Source of the DNA: Perkinsela sp. CCAP 1560/9
Lineage: Eukaryota > Protista > Euglenozoa: Kinetoplastea
Assembly (NCBI GenBank): GCA_965644495.1
Contig: CBFFSA010000001.1
Coordinates: 2,108,001 to 2,172,000, forward strand
Direction: 5' to 3'
Length of the DNA: 64,000 bases
Below the pieces are notes generated by a model. The model worked only from the letters and a program-made list of their open reading frames with translations, was not told the origin of the DNA and did not search any database. The position numbers and the translations under genes are program-made. Positions 55,004 through 64,000 of the stretch are shown one piece after another (the stretch's first letter is position 1; each line of letters starts with the position of its first letter).

Positions 55004-56743
55004 ATGCACCGCTACCCTTTGTGTACGAACGAAACCTCCCCCGGGATCGTACGAACCCATCAACGATTCGTGCTCCGTAGACCCAGTTTTACCCAGCAAT
55101 ACGCCACAATGTACCACCACCGGCTCAGCGAGCTACGTAGCCTCGCGCGTGACAGCGCCCAAGCGGAGTGGGAGGACAGCAGCTCTCCCTTTATCTATGT
55201 CCCACGCATCCTGGATCTCCAGGCCGAGACCCCGACCCCGCAGAGTCCGCAGTCCCCTTCTGGTTTTGATTCCCCGAGCGGCGATTCGTCTCCTCCCCCC
55301 TCCCACGCCTTGCGGGTCTGTGTTGGGTGTGTGTGCCGCGAGTGTGACTTGCGCCCGAGTTTTCTAAAAGACTATACTCGGGAAATCGTCACCTCATTGG
55401 AGGTACAGACCCAGGAAGAGGGCGGGGCAATGGATCTGGAAGAGGGGCAAGATCTCGAAATGGGGAAATCCGCTGCCCCATGGAGGCTGGAGACGGTTTT
55501 TTTGGAAGATGACAGCGGGCGAATTGAGCTCGTAGGGGGGCCTGATCCCCGACACGTGGTTACCGGGACGTTGGTTTCCGTTCAGGGATGGGTGCATATC
55601 TCGGGAAAACTGCACGTACAGCGGTGGAAAATGATTGGAATTCAAGACAATGTGCCACGGGCGTTGCGTACTCGTCCAGTGTTCACACAGCAACGTATGT
55701 GCTCCAACGAGGAGGCGAGATATATTGCCTTTGTGAGTGGGCTGAACCTCAGTGGTGATCCTCACTCCGATGCCTCTCGGCGTTCCTCCGCTCTGCTTGA
55801 GTTCCTTCGAGGGAATGCGCAATCACCTCATGCGAGTGTTGCACAGTGTATCGGGCATTTGGTAATTTGTGGCAACTTAGTTTGCGAAACGCAAAGTGAG
55901 GCAACGAAGGCAAAGCTTCGCCTGGATAGCGAGGAGACAAAGGCCTCGCGAGCGGAGTTGGGAAAAGCGGTAAAGGCGGCCGATGCCTTTCTCGCCGCCC
56001 TTGCGGAAATCATTCCAGTTGATGTCATGCCAGGGGCCAATGACCCTGCCAACGTTTTCTTTCCACAACAGCCGATTCACCCTGCATTACTCCCGCAGTC
56101 CTCACCGCACTCCACTCTTACACTTGTCACAAATCCGTTCGAGTTTCACATCCCTAGCGAAAGTCAAAAGCCACAAGAACCTACCTCACATGAAAAAAGT
56201 CCGAAGAAGCACCGAAAGCAAGAACCGCAAGGCGATGCTTCTTCAAGCAAGTCCAGTGAGAGCTCCCTGGCTTCCTGTATTACTTTTCTTGGCACATCAG
56301 GTCAAAACATCGATGACATTGACAAGTACACGTACGGGTCTCTTACCGATTTAGATATTCTTGAAATGTTGCTCTGTGCACACCACTTGTGCCCCACAGC
56401 CCCCGACACCCTTCCGTCGTATCCCTTCGTTGAGGGCTACGATCCGTATTGTATGACCTCAAGTACCTCACCAGCGAAAACTAAACCTCATGCAGAAACG
56501 ACAAAAGCGCAACCTTACGTACCCCCTATAGAGAGGGATAGGTCAGATGTACTTTCATGTCTTCCAAATGTCTTGTTCGCCGGGAATCGTCCTACGTTCG
56601 GAACACGGTGGTTGGGACACCTTCCGTGTAGGATTCTCTCCCTTTCTTGTTTTGGAACGAGTGGTTCTATCTGTTTGCTGAACGTAAGAAGCTCTTCTCT
56701 GGAAGTTTCGGAGCTCAAAATCGGGTCCGAGGAAACTAAATAG
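55004..56743 (+). CDS. POLD2: DNA polymerase delta small (B) subunit
   Basis: QQYATMYHHRL, FLEDDSGRIEL, AFVSGL, VDVMPGANDPAN.FFPQQPIH, VTNP, FLGTSGQNIDDI, HLCPTAPDTLPSYPF. Confidence 0.93.
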   Translation: MHRYPLCTNETSPGIVRTHQRFVLRRPSFTQQYATMYHHRLSELRSLARDSAQAEWEDSSSPFIYVPRILDLQAETPTPQSPQSPSGFDSPSGDSSPPPSHALRVCVGCVCRECDLRPSFLKDYTREIVTSLEVQTQEEGGAMDLEEGQDLEMGKSAAPWRLETVFLEDDSGRIELVGGPDPRHVVTGTLVSVQGWVHISGKLHVQRWKMIGIQDNVPRALRTRPVFTQQRMCSNEEARYIAFVSGLNLSGDPHSDASRRSSALLEFLRGNAQSPHASVAQCIGHLVICGNLVCETQSEATKAKLRLDSEETKASRAELGKAVKAADAFLAALAEIIPVDVMPGANDPANVFFPQQPIHPALLPQSSPHSTLTLVTNPFEFHIPSESQKPQEPTSHEKSPKKHRKQEPQGDASSSKSSESSLASCITFLGTSGQNIDDIDKYTYGSLTDLDILEMLLCAHHLCPTAPDTLPSYPFVEGYDPYCMTSSTSPAKTKPHAETTKAQPYVPPIERDRSDVLSCLPNVLFAGNRPTFGTRWLGHLPCRILSLSCFGTSGSICLLNVRSSSLEVSELKIGSEETK

Positions 56744-57304
56744 TGCAGCATGGCTACTGGCTTCCATGCATTCCGGGTATAATTTTTTGAAGGGTATCAG
56801 TCTATTGAAGGTCTTCGTATGAGTGTTCAGTGAACTTGCGTCTTTCAAAACCGTTATTCTGAATTTCTGTAATTATCTGTTTTCCTCGATTTGTCCTCGA
56901 TGGGCTTGTAATGAAAGGTGAAATATTTGTTTTCTTCTGCGATTCACTCTTCTTACAAGTGCTCTTCTTACCGACTGGCTTCTGGAACTACATTTTTAAC
57001 TTTTACGCGTCACGGAGAAACTAAATTGTTATCCCTTTTTTAACATGTGTTAGTTCTTATGCCATCGAATCAGTATCAAAATGCGTGCTAATTTTCAGTA
57101 ACGGTAAATTTTCGGTCAAATCAAATTTTCTGCAACAGTTTAAAAAGGATTGAACTGTTAATTGAACTAAACTGCACATACAAGTAAGTAAGCACACAAT
57201 TCAAGTATAGGACGCTATCTATCCGGTTTAACAACCCTTTGTCGAGACTTTTAATCAGCTTGATGATTTTATTGGCTTTTCGTTAGTAAGAATTTATAAT
57301 CTTT

Positions 57305-58291
57305 ATGGACAACGTGATCTCTATAGAAGATCGTAACATTCGTACTCGAGACAGTCACACAACAATTGCTCTTGAAAGTGCTACAGCAAAGAGAATGAAG
57401 CTCTTTCCTTCAAAATATATTCCGAAAAATAATTTTCCACCCCACGTTTCTGAGCCATCTCGGAGTGCGTTACGTCAGACAACTCTTTGCTTACAGAGTT
57501 CCGTTTCTCGGAAGAAACCCACAAGCAATTCTATCCCAGTCCCTACCCCCGCTCCATCCCAGTCTGCACTTTTCTCCCTACTCAAAGATCCAGATTGGAA
57601 AGACGCACTAGGTTCCGAATTCATAAAGCCCTATTTTACCCACTTGGAAAGTGCACTGACCCGTTTGTGGGGCCAAAGTACTGTGGTGTATCCCCCAAGG
57701 TCTCAAATCTTTGCCGCTTTTAATGCCACCCCATTGAACCGCTTGCGTGTCGTGCTCATTGGGCAAGACCCCTACCACGGTCCGAATCAAGCCCATGGAC
57801 TTTGCTTCTCCGTTAGTCCCGGCGTCCCTCCTCCCCCCTCACTGCTTAATATGTACAAAGAGTTGGAGAGAGACATTCCTGGTTTCGTGACCCCTTCTCA
57901 TGGCACGCTGCTGTCCTGGGCTCACCAGGGGGTACTGATGCTAAACGCCACGCTCACGGTAGAAGCCCATAAGGCGAACTCTCACTCTGGTATGGGGTGG
58001 CAAACCTTTACCGATGCGGTGATTGATTACGTCAATCGAAAGAAGAAAAGTGTGGTGTTTCTGCTTTGGGGAAATTTTGCGCAGAAGAAAGCAAAGAGCA
58101 TTGACTCTCGTAGACATCGTGTGGTGGCGTGTGCCCACCCTTCTCCGCTTTCGGTAACAAAGTGGCGCGGGTGTCGGACGTTTTCTCAATGCAATAGCGC
58201 GCTGCTTGACATGGGGGCGAAAGAGATCGACTGGCGACTTCCCCTCACAATTGAGGAGGAGTTGTGGAGGCAGGAAAAGTGTGCAATTTGA
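57305..58291 (+). CDS. UNG: Uracil-DNA glycosylase (family 1)
   Basis: VVLIGQDPYHG, QAHGLCFSV, PPSLLNMYKEL, QGVLMLN, VFLLWG, HPSPLS. Confidence 0.97.
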   Translation: MDNVISIEDRNIRTRDSHTTIALESATAKRMKLFPSKYIPKNNFPPHVSEPSRSALRQTTLCLQSSVSRKKPTSNSIPVPTPAPSQSALFSLLKDPDWKDALGSEFIKPYFTHLESALTRLWGQSTVVYPPRSQIFAAFNATPLNRLRVVLIGQDPYHGPNQAHGLCFSVSPGVPPPPSLLNMYKELERDIPGFVTPSHGTLLSWAHQGVLMLNATLTVEAHKANSHSGMGWQTFTDAVIDYVNRKKKSVVFLLWGNFAQKKAKSIDSRRHRVVACAHPSPLSVTKWRGCRTFSQCNSALLDMGAKEIDWRLPLTIEEELWRQEKCAI

Positions 58292-58320
58292 GTAAAAAAC
58301 GGAAGCAAATCTTTTTATGC

Positions 58321-58652
58321 AATACACCCAAGCCCAAAATTATCGCTAAAATTCATGGCACAAAAATTATTGCCTTTCTATTAAAAATTATCAGTTTTTG
58401 GCGAGAAACATTTTTCGATTTTTTTTGGTCAATTTTTGAATTTATCATGACGTCTGATGTTGACAACCACTTTTTAGAGAAGAGTGTCATAGATTTTGCA
58501 CAAAAACTCAAATTTCATGACAGGATTTGGAGGCGGAGCAAGAGGCTTTTCATCAACACCCGGTCGTGGGATCATGCGAGATCACACCCGCATCCCCTCA
58601 CTTAATGAGCACTTAATAAACTACCCTTCGCAATGCATTTGATAAGATTAGA
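58321..58652. repeat. Interspersed repeat R1, uninterrupted copy (TA-cacccaag end)
   Basis: Reverse complement of 24205-24489 joined to 25819-25866. Confidence 0.85.
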
Positions 58653-58667
58653 TACAAGATAGATATA

Positions 58668-58738
58668 ATTTAGGTAGATATTTTAGGTAGATGTAATAGA
58701 GGTAGAATTTAGGTAGATGTAATTTAGGTAGGTAGATG
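58668..58738 (+). repeat. Degenerate ttaggtagat short repeats
   Basis: About five imperfect units are visible. Confidence 0.6.
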
Positions 58739-58877
58739 TTGTTCAACGCGATCTCAAATCTAAGTTTTCTTCTTAATTCTTAATTTTTATTCTATATAAT
58801 CTTAAATTTTTGTTGAAAAGCTACTTTCTTCCCCGTAAAACATCTTGAATCTTTTTTAGAATAAACAAAACTCTTTT

Positions 58878-59531
58878 GACCTGGGGGAGTGCCAGGAGGG
58901 GGGGTTGGGGTTACGGGATGTGCAGGAGCATGTGGTAAAAGGGGTGAGGTATGGGGAGGAGGGGGGGAGAGACGGTTTGGAGGTTGCGGAGGGTTGGGTT
59001 CCGGAATCGTTTGTGGGGGAGGTTTGTCGGGAGCTGGGTAATGTGGTTGACGGGGTGGGGAATTATTCCGCAAGGTGGAGGGAGGAGCGGGAGAGTTTGT
59101 GGGAAGGGTTTGAGGAGGTGAAAAGGAGTGGGGTGTCGCGGGATGGGGGAGGAATTGGTCCTCGTCTCACGGCGGAGGAAATTACTGCGCAACTTCACGA
59201 TAAAGAGAGTAGAAGGAGGAAAGAAGACCAGTGTTCAAGAGTGTATCATTTTATGCCTCAAAATGCTCACGCAAAGGCTGTTCGTGTTAATCAGAACAGT
59301 TTTGTTCGGGAAGACGCAGTGTGTTGTGACAGAGTGGTTGACTTTTCTCTGAATAATAGAAGAGATTGCGCTGAGGATGCAATGGACTTAGATGAAGTAG
59401 CTACAGAAGCAGCTACTTCGTCCACAGACAGCTACACTCCAGTTTTGCGACGAATCGACGCAGACTCAGGGAAAACTCTCATTGGACTTTCAGAAGAACG
59501 GCTTTCTTTTTCGCAGCGTTGTTCACACTAG
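58878..59531 (+). pseudogene. Probable 5'-truncated gene fragment (G-rich, no usable upstream ATG)
   Basis: Open frame with G-ending codons starts abruptly after AT-rich repeat sequence, with an in-frame TAG at 58857. Confidence 0.4.
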
Positions 59532-59659
59532 TATTTTTTGACGAGCACATTTCTAGTTTATATTTTTAGACTTCTTGTTTTATCCATATTCTTTTGTAGT
59601 GAGCTAAAGTTTTTTCAAAAGACTCCTTTTAGTTTTAGCTTCACCCTTGTTTTCAATCT

Positions 59660-61297
59660 ATGGAGGTTCCTTACGAAGAGGATGTCACCTGCACGGTTTG
59701 TTTGCAGCTCTATGATAATCCGCTTCTGCTTCAATGTGAACACTCTTACTGCGCACCCTGTGCGGATAAGCTATACTCCTTAACCACGCAGTTGAACCCT
59801 CATTGCGCCAAAACACACTCATCTACCTTCGATTCATCAACTCTATCTCATGAAAAGGATACTACTGCAAAACATACTTCGAAGCAACAAGTCCTTCCGT
59901 TAACCACCCCCTCCCCTGGAATCCGATGTCCAGATTGCGGCTTCTTCTCATCCCTACCCGATAAAGGAGATCTGCAGCGTCTACGACGAAACGATCCCCT
60001 GTCTCAACGCGTTGCATCCTTTCGTCAGCAGCAAACCTCCAAACTCAGCCCAACCTGTGGCATCTGCGAGCGTCAGCCCGCCTCTTTGGAGTGTCAAGAG
60101 TGTCAGTTTGAAATGTGTCAGGAATGTCGAGAAAAGGACCACAGCCGGGGGCGATACAAAGAACATAAAGTGGTTCCTCTCGGGGAGCTGGCCCGAACAC
60201 GCCCTCGGAAATGTGCCTTCCATGAGGGATATCTCACCGATTTGCTTTGCTTAGATTGCGGCGTTGTGGTTTGTCTGCTGTGTAACTACATGGGTGCGCA
60301 CAAAGGGCATCGTGTAGAGCCCACAGCTCCCGCAGAAGAGGACATCCGAGGTGCTTTGAAACGAGCCCTGGAGCACGCAAATGCGAGGCAGGAGAGTATT
60401 CATGCGTCTATTGAGGGCCTGGATGCCGCCTCCGCAACGAGCGTCGAGAAACAGTGTGACTTAGCAAGCGATGCAATTCGCAAACATTTTAATGAACTGC
60501 ACGAGCGACTGACGGCTCGACAAGAGAATCTCCTTCAGCAAGTTCGTGGGATTAAGGAAACTCGGCTTAAAGAAATTCATAGCTTCAGAGATGCGTTGGT
60601 TTTATTAAAACAAACCATCACCGGGACCTGTGAGGGCTTGCAAAAATTTAGCACGAAAGCTCATTTCTCGACTCTTCTAGCCCGTCAACGATCGATACGA
60701 CATTATTTACAGTCTCTATGCAAAATAAGATGGACTGAGCAAGACCGTACGAAATTTAACTTGAACGTCAATTTTGATGCTACAGAGCATTCCGTGCGAC
60801 AGCTCTTGTCCGACATGGGAAAAGTGACCACAAATTTTGGGTCACCATCCCCTGAAAAGGCAACATTAAATGACGTATCGTCTCCGCATCTTTCTTCGGC
60901 GAACGAAGATTCCTTTTCCCGTACGGTTCCACAGGAACAGCTTCTGACATCAGTTCATACCGATATTTCATCTTCAAAAACTCCTAATTTCCGATCTAAA
61001 AATTCTCGAAATACAGGCCGAAGTCCGACATTTGGACTGCTGCCTTTAGGTATATCTTTAAAAAAATCAATGAGTCCATCTTCTCGGACATGCACTCGCG
61101 AATCTCAGTCTAAATCCGCTCCAGAGCATTCTAAGAATCGTCTCTCTGTATTTCAATCTTCAGAAAGTATTTCAACTAGTTTGGTAGATAAGGGAGACAA
61201 GAGAAACGACAGGAACATCGATCAATCGATAACTTCGTCCAGTAAAAAGCGTCGCTCCTCACATCCGAATAGTAGCAAATGGGTGTTGCGCATATGA
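59660..61297 (+). CDS. TRIM/RBCC-like E3 ligase: RING, two B-boxes, coiled coil
   Basis: CTVC...CEHSYCAPC...CPDC, CGIC...CQEC...CQEC...H...H, CAFH...CLDC...CLLC...H..H, followed by a heptad region. Confidence 0.88.
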   Translation: MEVPYEEDVTCTVCLQLYDNPLLLQCEHSYCAPCADKLYSLTTQLNPHCAKTHSSTFDSSTLSHEKDTTAKHTSKQQVLPLTTPSPGIRCPDCGFFSSLPDKGDLQRLRRNDPLSQRVASFRQQQTSKLSPTCGICERQPASLECQECQFEMCQECREKDHSRGRYKEHKVVPLGELARTRPRKCAFHEGYLTDLLCLDCGVVVCLLCNYMGAHKGHRVEPTAPAEEDIRGALKRALEHANARQESIHASIEGLDAASATSVEKQCDLASDAIRKHFNELHERLTARQENLLQQVRGIKETRLKEIHSFRDALVLLKQTITGTCEGLQKFSTKAHFSTLLARQRSIRHYLQSLCKIRWTEQDRTKFNLNVNFDATEHSVRQLLSDMGKVTTNFGSPSPEKATLNDVSSPHLSSANEDSFSRTVPQEQLLTSVHTDISSSKTPNFRSKNSRNTGRSPTFGLLPLGISLKKSMSPSSRTCTRESQSKSAPEHSKNRLSVFQSSESISTSLVDKGDKRNDRNIDQSITSSSKKRRSSHPNSSKWVLRI

Positions 61298-61650
61298 ATT
61301 GTATTTTCTTTATCTGGCACTATCGCTTCTCCATGTTCTATGAGTAGTCGATTGTTTTGAACGCGTTCAAAACTTGGTCGGGCACCTTGCAATAGTTTTC
61401 AGTTGCTAGCTTTAGATACAATGTAAATAGAACTTCCGGTTAGAACTGGTTTGACTTATCTTTGGACCTTACGTTTCAGATTACAAAAAGTGGTGGTTCA
61501 GCATTTTAGAGCTTTTATTATGCAATATTTTGATTCGTGAATTATGCGATGTAAAGCAAGATATTCTCGCATTTCTGCACTTCATGTTTTGATTTTTACT
61601 GTTCAGCTCTCGCTCTTTTTTTGTACTGCGTCTAATTTTATCATTCTTAG

Positions 61651-62475
61651 ATGGCCGACGAACAGCCTCGTTCTTCTACTCGTATTGGAAAGGTGGGTGG
61701 AGCATCACTGCCCCAGGAATTTTCATTAGATCTTTTTCTTCGTAACGTCACGAACCGACGTCCGTCATGGTGTACCTCTACGCCAGCGTGTCAGTGGAAT
61801 GGTGTCACTTGCACGCAGGAACAAGTTCGCGCAATTCATTGGGACGGACACAATCTCCGAGGGACAATCTTATGGTCTCATCTTCCGGTCACTACCGCGG
61901 AGCTTTCTTTGGGATCTCTTTGGAGTGGTTATAACCGAAATACTCTTAGCGGTCCAATACACGTTGAAGTCCTTCCTCCCCAACTCTCTCGATTGGACTT
62001 ACATACTAATGCTTTTACCGGGGAAATTAGATTTGCCAATCTTCCTCCTGGTCTCGAGTATTTGGGTGTTTCGCAGAATGATTTGCACGGCAGCGTTGAT
62101 TGGACTCTACTTCCACAAGGGCTTATCTCTCTGAGACTCGATCAAAACTCATTTTCGGGTCAAATCTTTCTGACTTCACTTCCATCATGTCTGAGTACTT
62201 TGACTGTAAGTACGAACATGTTTGAAGGTCCGGTTATTCTTACCGAGCTTCCTTCTACATTAACCTTCTTAAACTTATCAAAAAATAAGCTATCGGGAAG
62301 TCTTGATCTAAGAAGACTACCCTTGCGATTGCTCTACATCTATCTGAACGAAAATCATTTTAATGGACTAATAAATCTCTCTCTTCTCCCTCCATCATTA
62401 AAATTGCTCAATGTTCAAAATACCTCTGTTGAAACACTCTCTTCCCCACCTGATGGATGCGCATTATTTGTTTGA
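61651..62475 (+). CDS. 23-aa LRR protein (family copy 10)
   Basis: MAD...RIGKVGGASLPQE motif, PSW...PACQWNGVTC cap, LRRs. Confidence 0.9.
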   Translation: MADEQPRSSTRIGKVGGASLPQEFSLDLFLRNVTNRRPSWCTSTPACQWNGVTCTQEQVRAIHWDGHNLRGTILWSHLPVTTAELSLGSLWSGYNRNTLSGPIHVEVLPPQLSRLDLHTNAFTGEIRFANLPPGLEYLGVSQNDLHGSVDWTLLPQGLISLRLDQNSFSGQIFLTSLPSCLSTLTVSTNMFEGPVILTELPSTLTFLNLSKNKLSGSLDLRRLPLRLLYIYLNENHFNGLINLSLLPPSLKLLNVQNTSVETLSSPPDGCALFV

Positions 62476-62973
62476 GTTGAATGGGTGTACCTAAAAATGC
62501 GGTGGTAGTACTTGTGTTCAGAATGTCATACTACATGTAATACATGTATACATTGTGTGTGTATACATTTTGACCCGAGACCAATTCTATTCCTGTGGGA
62601 TATACGGTAATCTCCATAACACAATATACCACTTTTGATATTTTTAGTATCTTAAAATTTTTCTCCATTTGAAGAACAAGCAAATTTTTCGTTCTGTTTA
62701 TGGTAGTATGTAAAGTTCACCTTTTTGGGGGGCAATGGTCAAACGAAGTGAATGAAGAAATTGGAACAAGAAAAGCCACTATAAACTCTATCACTATAAA
62801 TCAACTCCTAGACTATAAACATTTTATCTAGAGCTATCATACCGTATAGTGACATTTTTTTTCCTCCTTGTCTTGAATGGTTTCTTTTTAAACGATTCAT
62901 TGGACATTGTTTTAAACAGTTTCATCTGAACGATTCAAGCGTCACACTCTCATTATGTACCCTTTCCCTTGTT

Positions 62974-64000
62974 ATGCGTGATTCAAGCATCGCCAAAGAT
63001 CTTCAAATCGTAAACCGAAAAAAGGATCACCTACGCATCTGTCTTAACGAAACCGTACAAGGAGCTCCATGTTCTCTGGATGCCTACACTCTCCCCTACC
63101 GTGCCATTCCGGAAATCAATCTCCCAGACGTCTCTCTTGAGGCCTCGCTCTTCCCTCATCTCCCACCACTTCGTGCCCCCCTGATGGTAACCTCCATGAC
63201 AGGGGGTGAGCACCACGGTCGACGGATTAACCAAAACTTAGCCGTTGCCTGTGAGACCGAAGGCATTGCTCTTGGGTTAGGCTCGATGCGGATTGTCGAC
63301 CGCATCCCCTCCGCGCTACGAACCTTTGACGTGAGAAAGTACTGTCCCTCCATTCCACTGCTGGCGAATATCGGGCTGGTACAGCTGAACTACGGGTTTA
63401 CGGTAGAGAAGGTTGCAGAGCTCGTGTCTCGTGTCTCGGCCGATGCGCTGTGTGTTCACGTGAACGCGTTGCAGGAGGCGGTGCAGCCCGAGGGGGAGAC
63501 GAACTTTAGTGGTCTGCTGCCCAAGCTGCGGCAGCTGGTCGCCAACCTTCGTGTGCCGGTGGTGGTAAAGGAGGTGGGGCACGGGTTTGACCGGGTTAGT
63601 GCCACACGTGTGCGGGAGTGTGGGGTAAGGCTGCTGGATGTCTCGGGGACCGGAGGCACGTCCTGGGCGTGGGTAGAGTCGCGAAGAGTACAAAGGCCGA
63701 TGGTGTCTTCTGGTTCCTCCTCTTCTGTTTTGTCCGCAGTTTCTACCTCCGCCCCGACTTTGGGTGAGTTGCTGCGCGACCGGGGGCTTTCCCTCGCGGA
63801 TTCTCTGCAAGAGTGTTCTGGAATTGATGGATTGGATCTCATGGCCAGTGGTGGCATACGCAATGGAATGCACATGGCGAAGAGTCTAGCACTCGGCGCG
63901 AAGTGCTGTGGTGCCGCACTTCCGTTTCTGAAACCAGCAATGGAGTCTTCCGAAGCAGTGTGTGAATTGGTCAGGGAGTGGAAGAGACAACTTCGCGTGG
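62974..64000 (+). CDS. IDI: Type II (FMN-dependent) isopentenyl-diphosphate isomerase, runs off the window end
   Basis: Not in the ORF track because it has no stop in the window. Manual translation from ATG 62974: RKKDHLRICL, SMTGG, INQNLA, GLGSMR, ANIG, HVNALQE.VQPEG, PVVVKEVGHG, DVSGTGGTSW, ASGGIRNG, KSLALGA. Confidence 0.93.
   Translation, partial: MRDSSIAKDLQIVNRKKDHLRICLNETVQGAPCSLDAYTLPYRAIPEINLPDVSLEASLFPHLPPLRAPLMVTSMTGGEHHGRRINQNLAVACETEGIALGLGSMRIVDRIPSALRTFDVRKYCPSIPLLANIGLVQLNYGFTVEKVAELVSRVSADALCVHVNALQEAVQPEGETNFSGLLPKLRQLVANLRVPVVVKEVGHGFDRVSATRVRECGVRLLDVSGTGGTSWAWVESRRVQRPMVSSGSSSSVLSAVSTSAPTLGELLRDRGLSLADSLQECSGIDGLDLMASGGIRNGMHMAKSLALGAKCCGAALPFLKPAMESSEAVCELVREWKRQLRV

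Noticed and set aside
58668-58738. Telomeric repeat
   Set aside because: Units are ttaggtagat-like and irregular, not tandem TTAGGG.

Overview
This is a eukaryotic, intron-free window in which every recognisable host gene lies on the + strand, often behind a pyrimidine-rich tract. That is the layout of a kinetoplastid polycistronic (trans-spliced) gene cluster. Glycosomal-type malate dehydrogenase ending in SKL, type II (FMN) IPP isomerase, PPR/LIM mitochondrial-type proteins and a large family of 23-aa LRR proteins suggest a Perkinsela-like (Prokinetoplastina) organism; this is an inference from gene content, not a database result. Housekeeping genes are COQ4, MCM8, gMDH, TSR2, an ABC1/ADCK kinase, PRP6, cytochrome b561, a stand-alone shikimate kinase with PTS1, POLD2, UNG, a TRIM-like RING/B-box protein and IDI-2. 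Ten dispersed LRR paralogues are present: nine share a basic N-terminal motif and one has a signal-peptide-like N-terminus instead. Two transposon-rich islands (about 22-31 kb and 41.5-55 kb) hold four antisense Tc1/IS630-type transposase remnants (two DD35E, two DD32E) and many TA-flanked MITE families sharing a GCGCCGC-GAA-GCGGCGC hairpin plus T-run. They also hold a CRE/SLACS-like endonuclease remnant, a tRNA-headed SINE-like element and two copies of an orphan gene. Two further oddities are a strong C-rich to G-rich strand-skew switch inside several genes (extreme in gMDH) and two genes that seem to need non-AUG starts.
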